DNA from: Phoronis australis
Taxonomy: Eukaryota > Animalia > Phoronida
Direction: 5' to 3'
DNA length: 64,000 nucleotides
NCBI GenBank assembly: GCA_002633005.1
Contig: NMRA01000215.1
Span: 258,690 to 322,689 of the forward strand
In this document: piece after piece, positions 1 through 13,596 of the stretch
Numbering within the stretch: the first letter of the stretch is position 1
How the letters are laid out: each line of letters starts with the position of its first letter
Translations under genes and position numbers: made by a program
The notes under the pieces: model-generated
The model's input: only the letters and a program-made list of their open reading frames with translations
The model's database searches: none
What the model was told of the DNA's origin: nothing

Positions 1-933
1 CGTCAGCATTATTTTACCATATAGATGCGTTATTTGCGTATTGTTCACCTTCTTGAGAAAGTCGGAAATTTGCAGAATATCCCTTTAAAACCATTAAGAA
101 TTCAATCAATCGACCACCTGCAAAGGTTAAGTTTTAGGGTTCGTTGATTAGTTCCGTGGATCATTTCATCTGGACTCTATAGACTAAATAATTGCAAACG
201 ATACCAATAAAGTACTACCGGGGGTCCTAAAGCTTGTTTGGAGCAAGTTACATAAGTTGAATATGCGGGGGGGTGCAGCAACCTTTTTAATTACACGCTT
301 TCTAAGTGGCGTCTAAAACCTTATCAAGCGGCTATCAGTGAAAAAACACGAAATCTATTAAATAATGAAAAAGTAAACCTAAACCATTTGTGTTTGCAGT
401 AAATATGTCCGGGGTGTGTGTATCCTAATAAACTACCCAGGCCGAACCGTCCCGCGTGTTTTCTTCGAATATGTGTTAGTAATTGTGACGTATTCTCCTT
501 TAAGAGTTTGTTATCTGTTTATCCTAAAGTGTACATAAACATTTCAAAAAAATAAGCTAAGCTCACTTGTGTTTTGCATGTTACCTGTCACACCGGATGT
601 AGGCACTTTGTTTCCAAGCATGTTCGTTACGTGTGCTTGTTGGGCATATAGGCTAAAGTATAGGCGTCTCTAATGTCCAAAATCCATACATAACAAAAGA
701 AAATGTACGCATCGTGATTCGTCGTGGCCATCTAAACGTGTTAGTTATAAACTTCGTTTTTGTCCATTGTTATTTAATCACCATCATGTGAGATATCTTG
801 GGATTTGTTTGTATTGCAACTCCGCCACACAGGCAAGCGTCTTTGATGGTGTTTAGAACCACTGGTTGTAATCAAACGCAAAATGCCGAGGCGTTGGTGA
901 ACTATTGTGCAGGCCTTCGTTTTTTCATCATAA

Positions 934-1089
934 GCCCTGTCTGTAGTATCCGATTTTTGCGTACGACTAATCGGACACGAATTTTCGAATTAACTAGTAT
1001 GGGATGTCGTTTACGACATTCGGAGTAGCAATGGTCCAAAATTCGAACACGCTGTCGCTTACGAAAAATCGGAGCGTGTAAACAGTACC
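934..1089. mobile_element. Small degenerate MITE / inverted-repeat element
   Basis: TCCGATTTTT(G)CGTACGAC (949..) is inverted relative to GTCGCTTACGAAAAATCGGA (..1073); outer ends loosely resemble PIF/Harbinger-type TIRs. Confidence 0.4.
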
Positions 1090-1704
1090 ATGTACTTTGT
1101 TTGACGAAGAGCGACGACTACAAGTTCAGTCATTCCAACTTTTACGAATTGCGTCTAAATCTATTCGTTCGTCTTATGTAAAAGCTTTCATTATCATCGT
1201 TTTTATTGCTAAATTCTGCAAAGCAATTGCGGACTGGTTTATGAATTTTTACTGTGTTTTAGAATTGAAAATGTTACTGTAATGATTCACATTAACCAGT
1301 TACCATGACTAGCCTATATTTTACTTGATACCTCCAAATGTTATAAGTACAGGATGCAGCAAAATGATCCACACGTTTATCATTTTCACAAAAGCCAAAA
1401 AGTGTAAAGAACGAGATTGCTTTATATATGAACATTTCGAAAACAGAAACACATTTTTCGTTTTTTTACTCTTTTGGGTTTTTATTAAACCTACAGATAT
1501 GTCGTATCAGTCACCCTGTATAAGTATATAAAAGTAAAATCTACACTCATAGGAATGCACTTATGATAAAGCATCCAATACTGTTAACACGTATACACGC
1601 GCGTGCACTTGCGCGCGCATACCTGCTATGCACGTACATATTCATATTTGTGTTATGTGTGCTTTGTAAATTTTCATCTATGCCAGTAACACAACTTGTA
1701 AAGA

Positions 1705-1826
1705 CATGGGCTGGGGGGATGGGGGGAGGGCTACTTTTTTCAGTGCTACGCCGCACATGATCTATGGGCGATGCACACCACAGGGGGCTGTAGCCCCCCA
1801 CTTTTTTCCGTGCTGCGCCGCCCATG
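1705..1826. mobile_element. GC-rich MITE (internally duplicated), CATGGGC...GCCCATG ends, 5-bp TSD AAAGA
   Basis: TIRs visible; AAAGA at 1700..1704 and 1827..1831; related copy at 21631..21708. Confidence 0.7.
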
Positions 1827-2287
1827 AAAGACAGCACCAACCAAAAGCCGGATTACGAAGACGTTAACTGGTGAACCAAAATTCTTTCTTGTCATATAAT
1901 AGTCCTTGAGGTTCGTAGTGTTTAACAAGAACAACTGCGTTCATGCTAAAACCATGAACCTGTCTTCATGGTTCATGCACATGTTCTTGTGGTCGTAACT
2001 TTTGAAACTATGCCTAAGTCTCGTATGGCAAATCTTCTGAAAAAATCTGCCAGTCGATTTTCGAACTTATGACATAAGTTTCGCATGGATGTTCTATCAT
2101 AGAAGTCTGGGTCAGTTCACCAAGACATTCAAAGGGTGTGACTTCTTTCACAGCCCATACATCACACCTGATATTAATTTCCACTTACACATTCTTTCGT
2201 AATGTACTCTCTCAGAGGTTCACGACCCCCATTCAATCTTTCATGGTACGTGCATTTCCGCACCTCGTTTATTGATGTTTGCCCAGT

Positions 2288-2323
2288 TCATCATCATCAT
2301 CATCATCATAATCATCATCATCA
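2288..2323. repeat. (TCA)n microsatellite, about 12 units, one interruption
   Basis: Read directly from the sequence. Confidence 0.95.
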
Positions 2324-3539
2324 CCATGTCTGATAGACATGTAGCACTAATGAAGTCGTTCACTCGGTGTAATGACTTCCTAGTTACGATTGATGTCCAT
2401 ACCTTGACTGGAGGCTTTAGATCGCTTTGTTTTCCTTTACTACCTTGTCGGACCATCATAACGATCGTGTAGAACAGCTAAGCTGCTGTTAAAACAACAC
2501 ATTTAGATACTCGTGCACACATTATACATTATTCTAACAATAAACAGAGGTCTTTTTATGGCAGCGGGTCACCAACCGATGCCTGCACATCTGGTGCGTG
2601 TTGTGCTGGGAGAGAACCTCGTCCATATTTCCTCTCTACTTGACGGGATTCCTCTGTCGTTTTAATGCTTCCAGTACCAGTCCCGCCCCCGTGCCATTTG
2701 TTTTTACTTATCCCTGAAGAAGAGTTATTGCCAAAATGAAACCACGATACTGATAGCAGTGATAAATCTCAAGCCGGGTTTATACCGTTTGTTCCGACAA
2801 AAAGTACTTTTAGCTTCCCGGACTAATGTCTATCGCGGACTCGTTAGTGGACACAGGAGAGGGACTAAATCCTATACCGGTACATAGTTTATTTTGTTTT
2901 ATGCACGACACGGCTCTTCCATGGAATAGCGTGGGAACACTAGTGGAACAAAAGATTAAGGGTCGCACACTTTAGATTTCTTTCAGTCAAGCGCAGAACT
3001 TTCGGATGTTTTTGTTAGTATATCAAAGTGTTCTTCAATTTCAAAGTGACAACCAAATACTTCTGACCATCAAGGCTGTTTTACTCAAGTTATTATGTGA
3101 TTGCATTTATCATACAGAAATAGCATATACAAAAGTACGTTAATGACTAAATAAATAAGTAATAAAATTGATAATTAATTACAGTACAGGCATGCCTTTT
3201 CTGCGACCTGGATTTCTTAAACCATAGCGCACTATGTTATTGAAAGCTGCCACAATTAAAACATAATTTGCAATTTTAATGATCATCGTCATCTTTATCT
3301 CATAAACTCACCGTGCCTCTCAACTCAAAACATCTTTTATGTTATAATTTTACACTGGACCTCCTTGCAAAGAAGTTTAATTAAATCTGAATTTGCGTAG
3401 AGTAAATCGTTGGCAAACAGAAATCGTGTGATTGCTATATACTCAGCTCGATTTATTCAAATATATTAACATAGATCGTAGACCCAGTAATGGGTGTAAT
3501 TAATATTAAGTGTCGCGTTTGCATGATCTTGGGTTTGAA

Positions 3540-3770
3540 ATCGCTCGATGCGAACGAGTAATGGGAGTCGTGCGAAACGTACGATAATTCGTCTAATTTA
3601 TACCCTCTTATAATTTGTATTTTTTGAGCTTTGCTATACTTATCAAGCGTTCATATCGCTCGATGCGAACGAGTAATGGGAGTCGTGCGAAACGTACGAT
3701 AATTCGTCTAATTTATACCCTCTAATAATTTGTATTTTTTGAGCTTTGCCATGCTTATCAAGCGTTCATA
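3540..3770. repeat. Near-perfect 115-bp tandem duplication (2 copies)
   Basis: ATCGCTCGATGCGAACGAGTAATGGG... starts at 3540 and 3655; only a few substitutions between copies. Confidence 0.95.
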
Positions 3771-5027
3771 TTAATTTTTCTCTAATAGTTGGGAGGCCTC
3801 GATCATTAGTTGAACAGCTCGTATACTCATAAAAATAAGTTAATTTGCTCAATGAGTGTCTACCAACAATTTATAAATTTTGTGAAAATTAATGGGAGAA
3901 TTACCGTAATCTCGTTATAAACACCGTACAATGCGTACTATGAAAATAAAGTCTGATTTATTATAATTTATTGGTGGTTAAATTTGGAGAAGTGTAGGTT
4001 AGCACTTGAAGGTCAGCCCAGGGCTGTTATTTGGAAACACTGCTGCAACGTTCTGTGTATTGGTATGCGCATCACATTAGCTTTATTGTTATGTTGATTT
4101 AGGTTTCATACAATAAATCTGCCTTATTTTAGAACACAGGAAGGCGTCAAGGAGGCAGTTTATTTGTCTTTGAATTTCTCAACAAAAATTAAATTCAATC
4201 TTTATAAAATAGTGCTTACACCCTATTGTGTGTGTTTATTTTATCTTCATGTGACTCATTCAAGATAGACTTTGATTACAAGTGTTGTGGGTCAAAGTTA
4301 TATTTATTTAATTTTATTTTGAATAATTTCATTACGTTACTTGGAAGCACAAGTTGACGTGGCTGGAATCACGTCGATTTATTACATTACCTCCCCTCGC
4401 AATCTTCTTATTGTTATTGTCTTAAAAATTTGCTGAACATGTGTTTTTCTAACCGTCGCTTGAAAGTTAGAACTTTCGAGAATTTTACGAAAATATCAAC
4501 GTTAATCTAAAGCGTTGCATAGATAAAAACAAAATCGTGTTTTGAGATTACGTTGAAATACTTGTATCAAAGAATTTGTTATGCTACTGATACCATTGTT
4601 TTGATATGAATGCACTTTTCAAATAACAAAGTCACGGAGCCAATGACAACGACCAAAATTAAATTCAACAAACTTTTTACTTTCATTAATTACGTACTTT
4701 TTCCATTTTAAGTCCATTAAAGTTTGACAATTTTTAGATATGTAATGATCCCTTGTTAATGCGTAAGAATTACAATTTTTTCATATTTTTTTCTTTTCCG
4801 AGAAACTGTACCCTATACAATGATCCAAATAGGCATTCAAAGCTAGAATTGCACTCCCGCAGTTTTTCCAGCGTTTATGTCTTCACACATCTAGGGGCAG
4901 CTAGCTACATGTAGAGTAGTCACGGGCATATATAAATCAAACTTAATACTTCGTTTTCTCATGAGAAATAATCTTGAGAACGCAAAAGTACGCGTGACAT
5001 TCACGATAAGTTTTTTTCGTCCGTCGG

Positions 5028-5072
5028 TTTGGCGCGAAAGCTCATTTTTCGTCCCGACATTCTGCGCATGCG
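5028..5072. promoter_or_regulatory. Overlapping double E2F site TTTGGCGCGAAA (5028..5039) plus NRF1-like TGCGCATGCG (5063..5072)
   Basis: The reverse complement TTTCGCGCCAAA is the DHFR-type E2F element; it lies in a CpG-dense patch. Confidence 0.4.
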
Positions 5073-5804
5073 ACACGTTCGCACGCCCCTTAGCTTTTGT
5101 TTACTTCTAACCATAACGTAGCCGCTATGATTAAAAAACTTAAGTTTACATTTTAACATAACATTGAGTGAAGCTGTTTATCTCAGTTACATCCTATTTG
5201 TATTAAAGCACTAACTGTTTAATGGTTATTGTAACGGATATTCACGCGAGCGCGTGTGTGGGCACGCAATCTGCCCGACTAAAAAGTGCACTGGTGGTAC
5301 AACTTGAAGGCAAGTTCACTACATCAAAGCTGTCCCAGCCAACTTTGTTAATGTGTGCGGGCGTGACTGTAAGCGACTGTTATGACTAGTGCTAGTTACC
5401 AACTAATTTAGGAGAGTTCTTAAGTAGTCATTACTTCGTTAAGCCCCCGTTGTAACCATCAACCCAAAATTATAAATGTTGCCCAGAATGCTGAGCTTCC
5501 GTTCTAGGCCTTGGAGTTCGTTTTAGGTACTTGTTGGTTTGGGAAAGGCTATAATCAGCTACATTCATCCAATTTTGCAGAATTTGTTGTCATGGTTTTT
5601 GCAAAGAATCTGACTCGATTCAGCGTTACCTTGTGCCGTGAGTTTACACAGACGGGCACTAACGCAATCATTTTGCTTGGAAATTTATTTTGTCATCGTC
5701 AGTCACGAAATTGGGAAATGAACAACTGTTTGCTTGATTAGACATTAATGCACAAAAGCCAAAAAGACAATGATAGGCGCGGAGGAAGTATAAGAATTAT
5801 CGGT

Positions 5805-5814
5805 NNNNNNNNNN
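5805..5814. other. Assembly gap (10 N) adjoining a G-run
   Basis: N run followed by poly-G. Confidence 0.99.
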
Positions 5815-6697
5815 GGGGGGTGCCGCCTCATGAACACAATCAAATTCTGGCTCGCTTTCCCGGTCACAATTTCTTGTTCACGTGCCACCCCCCACGCGGT
5901 TCCTGGGGCTATCTAATAATTGTTCTTTTTTTCTAAACTACAGGTAGATTCACGATGCAGAGCGAGAACACGGCGTTTGCTCTAACGCTCTCAGCGTCGT
6001 GGGGCGCTACAAAAAACTATCAGTACCTTAAAATTTATCGTTTTACTATCAAGGAAAAGTACACGAGAATTCCGGTTGCGAAAGTTAATATCGAAAACGT
6101 ACTAAGTCTTTCAGCATTGGTTTCAAATTTGTCTCGCCAGAAACGTAAACTCCAGTTTCACTTAGCTCCAACTGGAGACTTGCGAAGTAGCACCCTGGGA
6201 TGTTGTGAACACATCATGGCAACCGCCTTTGTAAAGAAAATGTCACTTGTCGTCTTAATTGCGTCTTAGATTAATATCTTTAAATGATTAACACGTTCGT
6301 CAATTATTCTTTGCCACAAGTCGCCGTTACCACGTGTAGTAAAAAAATACGTAGTAAGCGATCAGATTTAGTAAAAATTCGCATGTCTGGATTCAGTAAA
6401 AAGTGATTCTTGCTTTTTAACATACTATTTTAAAGTATCTGAATCCAAGGTCCTTTAAGGATGCCCATTAGTTTCCGGTACTACAAGATATAAAACTTCA
6501 TTGCACACCTTATAGACGTACGTGTACATGTTATTCGTCGACGGTCGTAGACGCAACATTCATCCTTGGTGTTCCGAGGCAATACCGCAAATCCGTCTGG
6601 GGCGCTGTTAATACTAATTGAGGTTAATTATGTGCTAATAAAAGCGTAGTTTTTTAATGGGCTAACAAGTGCGTGCGGGTATAGCATTGCGGCCTGG

Positions 6698-7879
6698 TTT
6701 ATTTGTATAAAGAAACCGCTTGTAACCTCATTGATGCCTCGTCCTCTATTGTTTAAACACACGGTTGACAAGCCGTCTCTTTAGCGATAGCTTTATGGTA
6801 TCGGTGACGGGTTTATGCCCTGAGAAGCTTTGAAACAATAGGTGTGTGGTGGGTGATTTGAAGACAGCCAGAAGGAGTGAGTCAATGGTTGTATTTTGAA
6901 ATTTGTCAAAAAAACAGTCTGGACTGTAAGCATAAATAAATAGCGATGAGACATCAGCGAAGTCGAAAAAACAATGTCAACTATGCGGTTTGAATAAATC
7001 TGCTCTTCGGTTTCCGCCACATCACACATTGTATGTATCACTCTGTTATCACGGTGATGAATTGGACACCACTGCCGTGAAATGAGCCATTTCCTGCCCT
7101 GGTGTTCTTGTTCGACACAAAAGTACTGGATCGTGTTGGAACCAGATTTAAGGCATGACTTGCTTCCTGGAAGCTGCTGGGGATTTCTGCAAACAGGCCT
7201 TTAGTTGCAAAAAGTTTCGAATATAAACACATTTGCCAATTATAATTTCTCTTGGTTTGTGACAACGGTTTGCTACATTTCCACGCCTTTAAATTCCATC
7301 TATTATCCTCGAAACTCCAGTGCCGAAGTGGCAGAAATCAAACCCGCTGTATAAATCCCCTGACCTGCACCTCGTACCTCCACAGACGCACCGAAAATGA
7401 TCCATATCCGGTGACCAAACCTCAGTCCGGGGTACCTGAGATTCCATGGCCTTACCTCTAGACCGGAGCTAAAATTTAGAGGCACAGCCGCCTTGGAATC
7501 TTGTCCTTACTGGAGTTGGGACATTGTGTATTGAGCATTTTCAGTGCCTTTGGAGTTTTGGGGGTCCAGATCAGCATTTATACTGCGGGTTTAGCGTCTG
7601 TTGGTCCGGACTTAAGTTTAAAAAAAAGATGTTGTCTGGATTTCATAAGTCCGATCATATAACTGTTTCCATCCCTTGTGTAAAGTTTCCCCAAAACGAA
7701 CAGTGTCAGCGAGTGTCAATTAAAATAGGGCTCTGTTCATGTTTACAGTTATGTATCAGGTCCATTTTTCGTCATTATGTCGTGTTTAGGAACACGTTAG
7801 CAACCATCCAAATACCCATCACGACTTACCTGCCATGATGTATTTCACCGACTTTTAAAGAACCCCTTTCCGAACGTAC
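6698..7879 (-). other. Candidate small spliced transcript (exon 7879..7830, terminal exon from 7186, AATAAA at 6703..6698); coding status uncertain
   Basis: Minus-strand acceptor ATCTTTCAG|, donor CAG|GTAAGT, a further donor GAG|GTAAGG at 7456, acceptor TGTTTGCAG| and a polyA signal; no recognisable protein. Confidence 0.3.
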
Positions 7880-10074
7880 CTGAAAGATATGAAATAATGT
7901 GCTTTCTTCCAAGTATACGTCCTGTCGGTCTTGCTGTCAGGAATTCCATGTAGGAACCAGCTGGTTACTACGTGGGAGTTAAGGTTCTGTTGCACCAGGT
8001 TAGTTTTCACGTAAGTTCTTAACAATTTCGTCACTACGGGATAAAACTGAGTGGGAACTGACTTAACCTCGGAGACACTCTTTTGTAAGAAACCAAGGTC
8101 GGTGACGCATGACAGGTTTTCGGGATATATGTAGAACCAATTCTTCAGATAGCGTTGTATTTGGACATTTTTTCTTTCAGAATCGCGTGCGACTAACCCC
8201 CCTAGTAATGCTGTAGTGGATCTCTGGGTGAAATTGTTCATTTCGCACGGTGCAAAAATCCAAACACACCAGTTGTCCTACTTAATATGATGCCGTTGAT
8301 AATAAATGAAAAGGGCAAGGTACAAATTACCATTCATAAAAATGTTGATCGCTTGCGGTTAGGTGACTCGGATATGAAAGTTCAATGAAATGTGAAGCCG
8401 ACAGAAAAGATACAAAAAAATTATTCAGGTGAAATAGTTTCATTGTTTTCCCACCAAGTACTAACGTCATTCTTTTGACTAAACCGTGGAATCATTTCGG
8501 TTGGCATTCGTTCAAACACTCCATCACATTCTCATTCAAGATACTTTCAATAAACCTTACAAGTGACATAAAGCCAGTCGTGGGTACCGTAAAATTTCAT
8601 CAAGCACGTCAAAAAGTCGACCACTGCTGTCTGCCGAAAGATCTTTTTACGATAAATCTGCATTGTAATAAGTAAGCCTTTCACCACTTCAGCTGAGCAA
8701 CCAACAACGAGACATGAGTATTAACACGTACACTTTGGACCATAGTGAATATGTCACGAGTTAAAGGGTTCTCTGTGGAGGTCTCGTTACCGTTTATTAC
8801 TGTTTATTGATGTTGCGTTGCACTTGGTATTTGTTTATTTTGAATATTTCTTTCGTCTTAGTGTAATAAATCATTGGAGCTGTAAACACTATCCCCTCCA
8901 GATTTCTGCTAATTTTTGTACGATTTATGAACCCAAAAATTATAGCGGTATGCTTCAGCTCTAACAGTTATGTGTTTTTACAACAGAAAAAAATGTAAAG
9001 GTATTTATAGATGAAATACCAGATGCAAGTATCAATACAAACTACACGAGTGGCTTTTGCATGTCCTGTAATCGTACTCTTCAAAATTACGTTAAATGAC
9101 GTGTTTGTTTACTTGAGAACTATGTCTTCTAAAGCTCAACCGTAATGAATGCTTATTAAAAAATAACGATAAAATTCAACTATGTTTGAATTTGGCTTAC
9201 CCGAGGTTAAACGTCAACAAGTCACATACATTATTGACGAACCTCCTCAGACTAACAGAACAGCTCACCAGCAATGCGTTCCATCATGGTAAAAGAACAT
9301 TTAAGTAAGTTCGCGCCACCTGACTTGAACAGACAATAATTTTTGATTAGGCGACGTGAGACGCACCTGGACGATCACAATGATTACAAGTGTGTTTATG
9401 GCGGCTGCAGCAGCAGGTGCTACAACCCAACTTCCCATTTAGGTTTCCTTGAAGACCATGCGCTTGTCTAAGACTGGCAGTATACACCAACTCGACAAGC
9501 GTGTGGGACTTTCTTCTGTGTATGATGGTAGCAGCTTGTCCGTGGTGACGCTAAAAACGAGGTGTTGTTGGGATTTGCTTTGAATCCCATTACTAATTTT
9601 ATGAACTAATATGTTTATAAAGCACGAAAAAATGTCGGGTATTTGCTTATATGCAGTGTTTTCTTTGAAAATCGTTATTCTTTGTTTTTAATACGACGAG
9701 TTATTGTTCCTAATTACGCATGATAAAATCATGGACGAGTTGGTGTTCATTGATTGCTGCAAAGGGACGATTCGCCCCGGTTGACTTGATTTATTTCAGT
9801 TTAATTTCGGATTGACCTAATTAGGGCTGCGTGGGACTACTCTGGAACGTCTTTTACGCAGTGTAGTGATACACCAGGTGTCGCTAGTGTGCTGTTCATC
9901 TCGACGTGAATGTGATGGCGATGATACCAAAGATACTACTACAAAATCTTTGATGATACACTGACATTTACTTAGTAAACCAACACTAGCCACTCGCGGA
10001 CGAACGAGACAGTCTGGCCACGTGGTGGCTGGTTACACTGAGTGAAGTAGCTCATAATTTGTGTGTCTAGGGGT

Positions 10075-10535
10075 CCGGGGTTATCCCATGAGAGGTATGC
10101 ATGACATGCCGCTCAGAAGGGTGACTTCTTCACGACCAGTTTCCTTGCGAAAGGTTTCATTTCTATCAAAATTTCCTGTGCTAGGGTGCCTTTTCTGACA
10201 AAATTCCCTACCAAAGGGTTACTTTGAGAGTTCGAAACTTCACAAGATTCACTCTTCCGTTAACTAGCACAGAAATCCACAGAAGGTTTCATTATTATCG
10301 GGTATCTGTATTTTACGACAGGTCATGTTCTGTTTCAGACTTAATGGGTTAAAAATTCAGCAGTCCAAGAATACCTACGAAGGGGTTAGCTTCGAGAAAT
10401 TAACCCCCGCAAAATGTTGATGTTTCGGCTATAACAAAACCTTACAAAAGGGCGACTTCTTCACAAAACCTCCGTACCCATGGCTTAATTTTCAAGTTGC
10501 GACCCCATCAAAAATATAGTCGAGTACTCCCGGCG
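10075..10535. mobile_element. Degenerate non-autonomous DNA-transposon-like relic
   Basis: CCGGGGG at one end and GAGTACTCCCGG at the other; AAGGGYGACTTCTTCAC repeated internally at about 10117 and 10448. Confidence 0.3.
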
Positions 10536-13126
10536 GTATGGGTGTTTTTATTTACTAATCAGCGCACACACCAATTAACATTTCCTTCTTTCGCCGGGCT
10601 ACGTACATGTGTTGTGGGCAGCTTTTGACTAGCTAACACTTAAGTCAATTTCTGCTGTACAGTACTGCAAACTCCACTCGTCACAAATACTTGTTTCAAG
10701 GGCTTCTCAAGGTCTTTGTTGTTTAAATCCTTGGGAAGACGTACATCAAGATCTAGTAATTTCTGATGTCTTTTAGTAACAGCGTGAGTGTTGAAATACT
10801 CCACCGACGCTGGCATGGCGGACGTGCATTATTATCCACGCTTTAATTGCTTTCAGCCGCAATCAGAAAGGTTCAAAGTACTGAACATCAAGTTGTAAGT
10901 TGCTGGCGTAGTCTGGCCGTTATGAAATATGTCATTCCCGAGTTCGTATCATGGGAGATATCACGCACTCAAATTTTGTTGAATGCGGGCGTAAATTGGC
11001 AGTGCGCTCATGTTTCTGCAGGTATCATGATGTTTCCCGCCATTTTGCTTTGGTGACCCGAGCCGCAAATGGAGCAAATCAAGTAAAGGCGCCCCCTCGA
11101 GGCTAAGTGACGTAACAATGAAAGTTGTCGAATTAAATTATAGGCAACGTCAAACGTAGGAATGTAACCTACAATGCGAATAATGTACCTAAAGCGTGAC
11201 ACTGTAATTTTAACACGCTCGGTATTTCTAAGGTTGCGTTTTTCGATGGTCCCCGTGTATTCGGGTATCGTTTAATTGGAGCTTAAAAAGCGCACTGGCT
11301 ATACTATATAAGTAGTTCGGTTTGAGCAGACCGTGCTCAGACGTGCAGTGTTTTCCTATAAGTATTGTCTAGGTGTGGAACGACCGTCTTTGGTGCGTAT
11401 GAATTCAAGTTACAACTTTGTTTTGGCTGATGGAGTTACTGCGAAAGGTATCGTTAACTTTTCATTTTAGCTTTACATGTTTGAAATTGATGTCCTGGAT
11501 GGGTAGCTGTCAAGATACCATTCCCGCGTTGTCAAAAATGGAATGCGCTATTTTATTTAAAAAAAATGAAGCGTTTTCCGGAGGTTTCAGTCACTTTCGG
11601 AATGTCATTTTCCAGTTACCAACGACTCTACATTTTACTTGCACAAACACTTGAAAAGCGCATAGCTTTCGAATTTTATTGCGTCTCATTACCTAGTTCA
11701 GCTTAAAGTTGTATTGAATAGCTAAAGACTTGGATATTCAACGATGCACATTAGAGGAAATATAAAATTTTATGATAATTAGCTAATGTTGAATGAGTGA
11801 GCAACACGCATTTACGTATTGGTCCCTCCATGAATGTGTCGTTCGGTGTAATAAGTGCTCGGTTATGAGAAATTTATTTGCGTCATATTATCGTCTTGAT
11901 GCTTGGCGACTGGTACCGTGAATTTCCCCACGACAGGTATGTTAAGCGAGAGTAACTCACGGTACTGAAATCTGAAGTAGAATTTACTTGTTAAAATTAA
12001 ATGTTGGACGCATCAGGTTCATGTTCGAGACCTCGCATGAAACAAACGGCTTTTCTTAATACCAGATGCGTTTATTTTCTGCGTGCGCAGCTTAAATGTG
12101 TACAGAGAACAGAGTGATGAGAAAAACCAAACTTGCTTTCTTCAAAGCATTGATGCATGGTGTAAAATTTATGCCAACTTTCCTCAGGCAGTTTACAACC
12201 ATCTGCGAGAACATTAGATCGTATCCAGTGGACTGTTGTGGTCAAATCCACACTCGCTGAAAACGAATGCTACAGGATGTGTATCAGAAAGGTGCGCCTT
12301 TTATCTGTACTTCGAGAGGTAGAGCCGCTTCATTCATCTCTTCATTCATGTTTGAAAACAGAGAGCGCATGTCTATTTAACGTCTTATCGCGGTTGCGGT
12401 CAGTCCCCTAGGGCGTTCATGTCTTGCAGGGGTCAGCAGGACCATCAAACAGTTAATTTTCTTACATCATCATAGGCGGCGCACATTCATTTCGGTTCAA
12501 CTTGCGTGGCACTTCTTCAGTGCAGTTGCCAATACATCAGTCTGAACACAGCGGCCATTTTGTGCAAATATCCTCTGAAATCAGGTGTGAATAAAGTTGT
12601 CCGCGTGATTGTGACAACTACGAGAAATCTAATAAAACTCAAGCTATGGATATTGTCCCAGATATAAAGCCAGACAAGGAATCTAATAACAAGAAAACAG
12701 ATGGCATGGTTTTTGAAGAACTCCTCTGGTGCTTTGCACTACTTGATGAGAGCTTCTCGGTACTCACACACGCACCATTTCCCAGCGGTTCGAGAGGTAC
12801 CTGTCTGCTGTGCAGGTGGCGCTGTGAGAGCGGATACTGTTCATAACAATGTGAAAAAGCTACAAAATTCTAACCGGTTTTTATCCAAGTGGACCCAGGT
12901 TTATGGATGTTTCTTTGGTAATTGCTAGGTTGCCAAGTTGTGAATTTCACCTTCTTCAGTCAATCAGAGAAGGCATTGCTAAATTCATGCAATAGCTATC
13001 AAAATATTTTACCATTGCTTTATGTTATTTTTTCAGAATAAGAAGGTACAGTATAACACCAGAAATGTATAACTAACACCGATAATCGTGTTAAACATGT
13101 TTTAATAATTTCAAGAACGTACTTTA

Positions 13127-13283
13127 CAGTGACGAATTTAGAGGGTTGCCTATGGGGCCAATCCCCCTTAAAATTCGCCCAGATTCCATTTGGCAGTTCT
13201 GGGGTGCGAATGTCTTACGGGCAAAATCCTGGCTAATACTCTGCCATGCCCCCCCTTAACTCAGAATCCTGGATCCGCCCCTG
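13127..13283. mobile_element. GC-rich MITE, copy 1 (CAG...CCGCCCCTG)
   Basis: Shares CCAGATTCCAT.TGGCAGTTC.GGGGTGCGAATGTCT.ACGGG.AAAATCCTGGCTAATACTCTGCC with 16256..16400. Confidence 0.8.
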
Positions 13284-13596
13284 CGTTAAACACACTTTTC
13301 GTATGCATTTTGCTTGTTTACAACCTTGAACGGTTTCCGGCAACTGAAAGAGTTAAAACCATTGCGAATATATCAATCCTATATGTGCTCGAGAAATTGC
13401 GCTTGCATATATGCCTACGTTCTAATCCACCAGTCGGTGTAAGTCACGTTTGACCACCAAATCGAGGTTAATTTTTTAGTATGTTTATACGTTAAAAATC
13501 CAATGTCGCGTTACAACATCATTCTTTAGAAAGACGTTTCGTCTTTAATACGACTTATTACTGAAGAAATCGAACCAGAAAAAGTCCTTTTGACCA

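Noticed and set aside
2241-2472. Poly-Ile and poly-Met ORFs (likewise 60131..60388)
   Set aside because: Trinucleotide microsatellite artefacts.
7855-8241. 128-aa minus-strand ORF
   Set aside because: No recognisable domain, and no convincing internal donor.
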